DNA from: Myxococcota bacterium
GTDB taxonomy: Bacteria; Myxococcota_A; UBA9160; SMWR01
Assembly: GCA_036274295.1 (NCBI GenBank)
Contig: DASUFZ010000341.1
Coordinates: 2,857-66,856 of the forward strand
DNA: 64,000 nucleotides
Direction of reading: 5' to 3'
The notes below the pieces were generated by a model. The model searched no databases. It was given only the letters and a program-made list of their open reading frames with translations, and had not been told where the DNA came from. Of this stretch, positions 55,880 to 64,000 are shown piece after piece; the stretch's first letter is position 1, and the number at the start of each line of letters is the position of its first letter. The position numbers were made by a program, and so were the translations under genes.

Positions 55880-56781
55880 GACTTCGGCCGAGCGGCCGGC
55901 TCCGGAGCGGGAGCGTCGGCCGAGTCGCCCTCGTCGGTCGCGTAGAGGAGCTCCATCGTCGGGCCGCGACGCAGCATCACGAACACCTGCTCGAGGCGGC
56001 CGAAGTCGACGGCGGGGCGCACCGCGGCGGTGCGCAGCATCTTGGAATCGGAGGCCGACACCTCCGTGACCTCGCCGATACGCAGGCCCTTCGGGTAGAC
56101 GCCGCCGAGCCCCGACGTGACGAGCACGTCGCCGGCCTGCACGTCGCCGTCGCGCACGACGAACTCGAAGATCAGGTCGTCGCCGTGCGCGCCGCGCACG
56201 ATGCCGCGCGAGCGGCTGCGCTGGACGACGGCGTCGACGGCGCTCTGCCGGTCGATCAGCAGCATCACCTTCGACGCGGTGCGCGACGTCGCGGTGACCA
56301 GCCCTACCAGGCCCTGTTCGTTGATCACCGGCATGCCGGAGAAGACGCCGTGCTGGCGCCCGCGGTCCACGAGCCCGGAGCGGAACCATGCCGACACGTC
56401 GAGGCCGACGAGCTCGGCGGGCAGCATCGGCACCTCGAAGTCGTCGCGCATCTCCGCGATGCGCGCGAGGCGCCCGCCCGCGACCAGCGCCTCGCGCAGC
56501 TGGAGGTTCTCCTCCTCGATCGAGGCGAGCTGCTTGCGGAGCTGCGTGTTCTCGTCGCGCACGTCGAGCACGGCCACATAGTCGCGCACGGCGTCGCGCG
56601 CGAAATCGATCGGCGTGGCGACCATCTTCTGGACGGGCACCGCCAGATCGAGCACCGCGCCGCTCCACCAGGAGAGCTCGTGTCCGGTGCTGCGCCGGTC
56701 GACCAGCATGCTGACCAATGCGCCGCCCGCGAGCGCGACACTCACGAGTGCGATGGCGATGCGGCTGCGGTTGTCGGTCAT
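55876..56781 (-). CDS. mreC: rod shape-determining protein MreC
   Basis: 301 aa. N-terminal TM, coiled-coil ENTQLRKQLASIEEENLQLRE, and beta-barrel domains with GLVGLV and TSGLGGVYPKGLRIG. Confidence 0.85.
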   Translation of the reverse strand: MTDNRSRIAIALVSVALAGGALVSMLVDRRSTGHELSWWSGAVLDLAVPVQKMVATPIDFARDAVRDYVAVLDVRDENTQLRKQLASIEEENLQLREALVAGGRLARIAEMRDDFEVPMLPAELVGLDVSAWFRSGLVDRGRQHGVFSGMPVINEQGLVGLVTATSRTASKVMLLIDRQSAVDAVVQRSRSRGIVRGAHGDDLIFEFVVRDGDVQAGDVLVTSGLGGVYPKGLRIGEVTEVSASDSKMLRTAAVRPAVDFGRLEQVFVMLRRGPTMELLYATDEGDSADAPAPEPAARPKS

Positions 56782-56799
56782 GGTCTCCGCCCGGAGACC
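56782..56799 (-). promoter_or_regulatory. intercistronic mreB-mreC hairpin that includes the mreC SD
   Basis: GGTCTCC-GGGC-GGAGACC immediately followed by the mreC ATG (56781). 7-bp stem, 4-nt loop. Confidence 0.4.
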
Positions 56800-56805
56800 G
56801 GGCGG

Positions 56806-57948
<1,143 letters not shown>

Positions 57949-58175
57949 CTAACTACGCGATTCACAAAGCCCTTTGGTCGACGTTCGACGACCGGCCCCG
58001 ATGCTAACAGCCAGCCCCGGGGGCTTCAAGCGCATCGGCCCGGCTCGGCGGAACGACTTGCCCCCACCGACCCTCCTCCTTAGCCTCCGGCGCTCCATTG
58101 CGTCATCTCATCGTCCGGAGCGCCTTCCGGACTGAGCGATGACTCCAGAATCCGCAGGAAGGGGCGAGAGCGCTC

Positions 58176-59717
58176 ATGCTCGAGGGTTTGCGCGGCGGCC
58201 AGCGTTGGATCACGACGTTGATCATCGGGAGCATCGCCTTGATCTTCGTGCTCTTCCTGGGCCTCCAGGGGCCCATGACGGGGGGCGGCCCGGGCAGCGT
58301 CGTCACCGTCGGCCCCTATCAGTTCGGCTTCCGCGAGTTCGAGCGGGCCCGCGCGCGCCGCGAGGCGGCGCTGCAGGAGCAGCTCGGCGCCCAGTTCGAC
58401 GCGAAGGCGCTCGGCGACACGCTCGATCAGATCACGGCGCGCGAGCTCGTCGACCGCGCGCTCCTCGCGCTCGAGGCGAGCGACATGGGTCTCTCGGTCT
58501 CGAAGCAGGAGATCGAGCGGATGGTGCTCGCCGACCCCGGGCTGCGCGGCGAGGACGGCAAGTTCGACGTCGAGCGCTTCAACGCCTGGGCGCAGTACGA
58601 GTACGGCAGCCAGACCGCGTTCATCAACGAACGCCGGCTGGCGCTGCTCTCCTTCAAGATGATCGAGCTGCTGAACGCGCAGCCGCACGTCTCGGTCGGT
58701 GAGGCGCGCGACGCCGTCGAGCGCGACCTCGAAGAGGTGCAGATCGCGTTCGTCGTAGTCGGCGGCGACTCGGCGAAGGGCGACGAGAAGATCGACGACG
58801 CCGCGGTGCAGAAGGCGCTGGCAGAGCGCGGCGAGGAGCTCCACAAGCTCTACGAGGAGCGCAGCGGCCTCTACAACGTCCCCGAGAAGATCCGCGCGCG
58901 GCACATCCTGTTCGCCGTCCCGGCCGGCTCGGACGACGCGTCGGTCGCGAAGATCCAGAGCGAGGCCGACGAGGCGCTCGCGAAGCTGCGCGGCGGCGCC
59001 GACTTCGCCGAGCTCGCCAAGGCGCGCAGCGACGACCCCGGCTCGAAGTCGAACGGCGGCGATCTCGGGCTCTTCGGACGCGGCCAGATGGTGCCGGCCT
59101 TCGACGAGGCGGCCTTCGCGCTCCAGGAGACGGGACAGCTCTCGGGCGTCGTCCGCACGGACTACGGCTTCCACATCATCCGCCTGGAAGAGCGGCAGGC
59201 GGCGGTGACCCGCTCCTACGACGAGGTCAGCGCGGAGCTCGCGCGCGACCTGCTGACCCAGGAGGCCCGCAAGGCGCGCGCGCGCAAGCAGGCCGACGAC
59301 CTGGTCGCCGCGATCCAGAGCGGCAAGTCGCTGGAAGAGGCCGCCGGCGCGGCGGATCTGCCGCTCGCGCGCAGCGGCCTGCTGCGCCGCCGCGCGGACG
59401 GCTACGTCCCGGGCCTCGGACCCGCACCCGAGGTGCTGGCCGCGGCCTTCATGACCGACGTCGGCAAGAGCCTGCCGACGGTCTTCGAGGTCGGCGACCG
59501 GCTGGCGCTCGTGCAGGTGATCGAGCGCAAGCCCGCCGCCGAGGACCAGATCCAGGCGCGCCTGGATGCGCGCCGGCAGCAGCTGCTCGACGAGAAGCGC
59601 GACGAGCGCACGACCGCGTGGCTCGACCGTCGCCGCGACGAGCTGCTCGAAGCCGGAAAGCTCCAGGTCGCGCTCGAGAACCTCGGGCGGCCGGCACCGC
59701 AGCCGCGACGTCGCTAG
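58176..59717 (+). CDS. periplasmic parvulin-type peptidyl-prolyl isomerase/chaperone (PpiD/SurA-like)
   Basis: 513 aa. N-terminal TM ITTLIIGSIALIFVLFLGL. Parvulin domain ARHILF...GGDLGLFGRGQMVPAFDEAAF...YGFHII. Confidence 0.8.
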   Translation: MLEGLRGGQRWITTLIIGSIALIFVLFLGLQGPMTGGGPGSVVTVGPYQFGFREFERARARREAALQEQLGAQFDAKALGDTLDQITARELVDRALLALEASDMGLSVSKQEIERMVLADPGLRGEDGKFDVERFNAWAQYEYGSQTAFINERRLALLSFKMIELLNAQPHVSVGEARDAVERDLEEVQIAFVVVGGDSAKGDEKIDDAAVQKALAERGEELHKLYEERSGLYNVPEKIRARHILFAVPAGSDDASVAKIQSEADEALAKLRGGADFAELAKARSDDPGSKSNGGDLGLFGRGQMVPAFDEAAFALQETGQLSGVVRTDYGFHIIRLEERQAAVTRSYDEVSAELARDLLTQEARKARARKQADDLVAAIQSGKSLEEAAGAADLPLARSGLLRRRADGYVPGLGPAPEVLAAAFMTDVGKSLPTVFEVGDRLALVQVIERKPAAEDQIQARLDARRQQLLDEKRDERTTAWLDRRRDELLEAGKLQVALENLGRPAPQPRRR

Positions 59718-59725
59718 CGCGGCGG

Positions 59726-60307
59726 CTAGGCGAACGCCGGCTTCTGGCGCCGGATCAGGTCCATGAACTCCTGACGCGTCTTCGGATCTTCGGCGAAGAC
59801 GCCGTGGACGGAGCTCGTCACCGCCGACGTGTTCTGCTGCTGGACGCCGCGCATCATCATGCACAGGTGGATCGCCTCCACGACGACGGCGACGCCCTTC
59901 GGCTCGAGCACGCGCTGCAAGGTCTCTGCGATCTGCGTGGTGAGACGCTCCTGCACCTGGAGCCGGCGGCTGAACATCCCGACGAGCCGCGGGATCTTCG
60001 AGAGGCCGAGCACCTTGCCGTTCGGCACGTAGGCGACGTGGACGCGCCCGAAGAACGGCAGCATGTGATGCTCGCACAGGCTGTAGAAATCGATGTCCTT
60101 GACGATCACCATCTCGTCGTACGAGACGTCGAAGAGCGCGCTGCGAAGGATCGCGACCGGATCCTGCTCGTAGCCCTCCGTGAAGAAGCGCATGGCCCGG
60201 GCGACGCGCGAGGGCGTGCGCAGGAGTCCGTCGCGGCCCGGGTCCTCGCCGAGCTCCTTCAGCATCTGCGCCACCAGGCGCTCGATCGGATCAGGGGCGT
60301 CGTTCAT
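59726..60307 (-). CDS. folE: GTP cyclohydrolase I
   Basis: 193 aa. [29 protein letters not shown] and HLCMMMRGV are FolE hallmarks. Confidence 0.95.
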   Translation of the reverse strand: MNDAPDPIERLVAQMLKELGEDPGRDGLLRTPSRVARAMRFFTEGYEQDPVAILRSALFDVSYDEMVIVKDIDFYSLCEHHMLPFFGRVHVAYVPNGKVLGLSKIPRLVGMFSRRLQVQERLTTQIAETLQRVLEPKGVAVVVEAIHLCMMMRGVQQQNTSAVTSSVHGVFAEDPKTRQEFMDLIRRQKPAFA

Positions 60308-60717
60308 CGCAGCTCTCCCAGCGTGAAGGCGTTGCGGCGCGTCTCCTCGACGCGCACCCGCACGAGGCGCGCGCCCGCCGCGGCGATCGGCGGCGCGAGC
60401 TCGTCGTGGATCACGGTGCAGATGTTCTCCGCCGTCGGCACGAGCGTGCGGAACGCGGGGTCGTCGTTCAGCATGCGGTGCCCGAAGCGCGAGACCACGC
60501 GCGCGTCGACGAGGGCGTCGAGCTGCGCGCGCGGCAGGATCGAGCCGCTACGCGGCTCGAGCGGTCCGGCGACCGTCACCTCGACCGCGTAGTCGTGACC
60601 GTGGCCGGCGGGGTTCGCGCACTTGCCGTAGATGCGCGCGTTCTCCTCGGCGCTGAAACGATCCGACGAGAGGATGTGGGCGGCGGGAAAGCGGTAGCGC
60701 CGCGTGAGCGCGATCAT
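60304..60717 (-). CDS. 6-pyruvoyl-tetrahydropterin synthase family protein (Cys-x5-HGH type)
   Basis: C-terminal 138 codons of ORF 60304..61143. RYRFPAAH...[18 protein letters not shown] overlaps with the upstream paralog stop and the folE start. Confidence 0.8.
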   Translation of the reverse strand: MIALTRRYRFPAAHILSSDRFSAEENARIYGKCANPAGHGHDYAVEVTVAGPLEPRSGSILPRAQLDALVDARVVSRFGHRMLNDDPAFRTLVPTAENICTVIHDELAPPIAAAGARLVRVRVEETRRNAFTLGELR

Positions 60718-61136
60718 CGCGACGCCTCGCGGGGCTCGAACCATTCGACGAACGTGTCCGCGTCCTCGTAGAGGCGCAGGCGGTCGAGCATGCCCTCGGG
60801 CAGCGCCGCGACGAGCAGCCGACGGATCACCTGGACGAAATTCTCCGGCGTCGGCGGCTCCTTGTCGAAGTACGGTGTGTCGCGGTTCAGGTCGCGGTGA
60901 TCGAAGCGCTCCATGATCTCGCGCTCGAGGATCTCCTGGAGGTCCTTCAGGTCCATCACCATGCCGGTCTGCGGATCGGGCTCGCCCTGGATCTCGACCT
61001 CGAGCCGGAAGTTGTGGCCGTGCTGCGACGCCTTGGGACCGAACAGGCGCTGATTCTCCGACGCGGAGAGCGCGGGGTTCCAGTAGCGGAGCGAGGTCGA
61101 GAACTCGATCGCGCGGCTGAGCCGGATCTCGGCCAT
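60714..61136 (-). CDS. 6-pyruvoyl-tetrahydropterin synthase / QueD family paralog lacking the catalytic Cys
   Basis: Start at ATG 61136 (MAEIRLSRAIEFSTSLRY) with GGGAG 6 nt upstream. FGPKASQHGHNFRLEVEI has the HGH zinc motif but no Cys upstream. MVMDLKDL is typical of the family. Confidence 0.75.
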   Translation of the reverse strand: MAEIRLSRAIEFSTSLRYWNPALSASENQRLFGPKASQHGHNFRLEVEIQGEPDPQTGMVMDLKDLQEILEREIMERFDHRDLNRDTPYFDKEPPTPENFVQVIRRLLVAALPEGMLDRLRLYEDADTFVEWFEPREASR

Positions 61137-61211
61137 GTCGCACTCCCGCAAGTGGTCGGAAACGCTAGAGCTTTCCGAGCTTAGCCAGCGAGGGCCGCGG
61201 CGCCAGACGGC

Positions 61212-61814
61212 TCAGTAGCGACGCAGCAGTCCGCGCACGATGCCGCGGATCTGGACCTCGGCCGCCGGCACCTCGATCGGGCGCATGGTCGGATTGGCGG
61301 GCACGAGGCGCACCTGACTGCCGCGCCGGTAGAACTTCTTGAGCGTGGCGTCCTCACCGCGCAGGAGCGCCACGACGGTCTCCCCGTCGCGCGCCTCGGC
61401 CGCGCTCTCGACCACCACGAAGTCGCCGTCGCGGATCTGCTCCTCGACCATCGAATCGCCGCGCACGCGCAGGGCGAAGCAGCGGCCGCGCTTCGGGACG
61501 AGCTGCTGCGGCACGTCGATCGACTCCGAGAGCTCGATCGCCTCGATCGGGGAGCCCGCCGCGACGCTGCCGAGCAGCGGCAGCGAGACGACCGGATTGG
61601 TGGGCGTCTCGACCGGCTCGACCGAGCGGGAGCGGTGCAGGGCCTTCTTCAGGAAGCCCTTCTCCACCAGGTGCTGCACGTGCTTGTGCACGGTGGCCAC
61701 CGAGGAGAGCCCGAAACGCGCGCCGATCTCCTCGAGGCTCGGCGAGTAGCCCTGCGCGTCGACGAATTCGCGGATGAAGTCGTAGATCTCGCGCTGTCTG
61801 CGGGTCAGTGCCAC
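61212..61814 (-). CDS. lexA: LexA repressor
   Basis: 200 aa. [15 protein letters not shown] winged HTH, the autocleavage-site region VAAGSPIEA, and S24 peptidase motifs RVRGDSM and TLKKF. GTG start. Confidence 0.95.
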   Translation of the reverse strand: MALTRRQREIYDFIREFVDAQGYSPSLEEIGARFGLSSVATVHKHVQHLVEKGFLKKALHRSRSVEPVETPTNPVVSLPLLGSVAAGSPIEAIELSESIDVPQQLVPKRGRCFALRVRGDSMVEEQIRDGDFVVVESAAEARDGETVVALLRGEDATLKKFYRRGSQVRLVPANPTMRPIEVPAAEVQIRGIVRGLLRRY

Positions 61815-61820
61815 GCGCGC

Positions 61821-61849
61821 AGAGTCGGCGAAACCGAGGCGAAAGTCAA
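61821..61849 (-). promoter_or_regulatory. lexA promoter candidate with a direct-repeat operator candidate in the spacer
   Basis: Minus strand reads TTGACT, then a 17-nt spacer TTCGCCTCGGTTTCGCC containing the repeat TTTCGCC-N4-TTTCGCC, then GACTCT, then 6 nt, then the GTG start. No SD is visible. Confidence 0.35.
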
Positions 61850-61890
61850 CGGGCCCACCCTTTCCTGCTCGAAGCGGAAGCCCTGCGGTC

Positions 61891-61919
61891 TTGGCGTCTG
61901 CGAAGGGCCGGACTACATT
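61891..61919 (+). promoter_or_regulatory. sigma-70-like groESL promoter
   Basis: TTGGCG (61891..61896), a 17-nt spacer, then TACATT (61914..61919). CIRCE starts 11 nt downstream. Confidence 0.5.
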
Positions 61920-61929
61920 GCGCGGCCGT

Positions 61930-61956
61930 TTGGCACTCGCGACGCGAGACTGCCAA
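61930..61956 (+). promoter_or_regulatory. CIRCE-like inverted repeat (HrcA operator)
   Basis: TTGGCACTC-N9-GACTGCCAA versus the consensus TTAGCACTC-N9-GAGTGCTAA. Lies 119 nt upstream of the groES ATG. Confidence 0.75.
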
Positions 61957-62074
61957 TCAACCCGCGCGAGGCGACAACCGGGTCAGGGTGACCCGGTCGA
62001 AAGGGCCGGCCGGACGCCGCCCAGTCGCTTCTCGCGCCCCCCGCGCCTCGCGCGGAGGCATCGGAGGAGACCCC

Positions 62075-63989
<1,915 letters not shown>

Positions 63990-64000
63990 CCCCGCTCTCT

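Noticed and set aside
61815-61930. Canonical palindromic SOS boxes (CTGT-N8-ACAG, GAAC-N4-GTTC) upstream of lexA
   Set aside because: Neither pattern is present in the lexA upstream region. Only the direct repeat reported above was found.

Overview
Very GC-rich bacterial chromosomal segment (roughly 70% GC or more by eye, not computed). It is gene-dense on both strands and I found no rRNA, tRNA, CRISPR array, transposase or integrase. The content is mostly Gram-negative-type housekeeping: cfa, a class A PBP, polA, an ACP, cysK, truD-rnhB-lpxD, a ccsA-like-hemA-hemC-cobA/hemD operon, gmhA, trxA, rodA-mrdA-mreDCB, folE with two PTPS paralogs, lexA, and groES-groEL behind a CIRCE-like operator. 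Interspersed are accessory-looking enzymes: amidohydrolases, NTF2-like proteins, spermidine-synthase-like proteins, a sulfatase/LtaS-like protein, an EgtD-like methyltransferase, and an ECF sigma/anti-sigma module. Because of the GC content, the six-frame track is full of long Arg/Ala-rich shadow ORFs. I chose genes by non-degenerate protein sequence, recognisable family motifs, Shine-Dalgarno sequences and start/stop coupling. Many true starts are internal to the listed ORFs, often GTG in 4-nt GTGA/ATGA overlaps with the upstream stop, so start coordinates are inferred. The track omits ORFs under 60 aa. Reading the gaps by eye revealed a 31-codon ORF (20382-20477) with a textbook RBS. It lies just downstream of an ATP-grasp-like gene that is divergent from an HExxH-motif protein. 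This trio, possibly with the adjacent PhyH dioxygenase, SDR and DsbA-like genes, is my best candidate for an undescribed peptide-modification (RiPP-like) system. Other observations: a four-copy dispersed double-hairpin repeat at gene 3' ends with compensatory substitutions; a twin-palindrome operator embedded in an ArsR-operon promoter; a lexA promoter carrying a direct repeat and no SD; and several translationally coupled gene sets of unknown function. All homology calls come from reading the translations, with no database search run.
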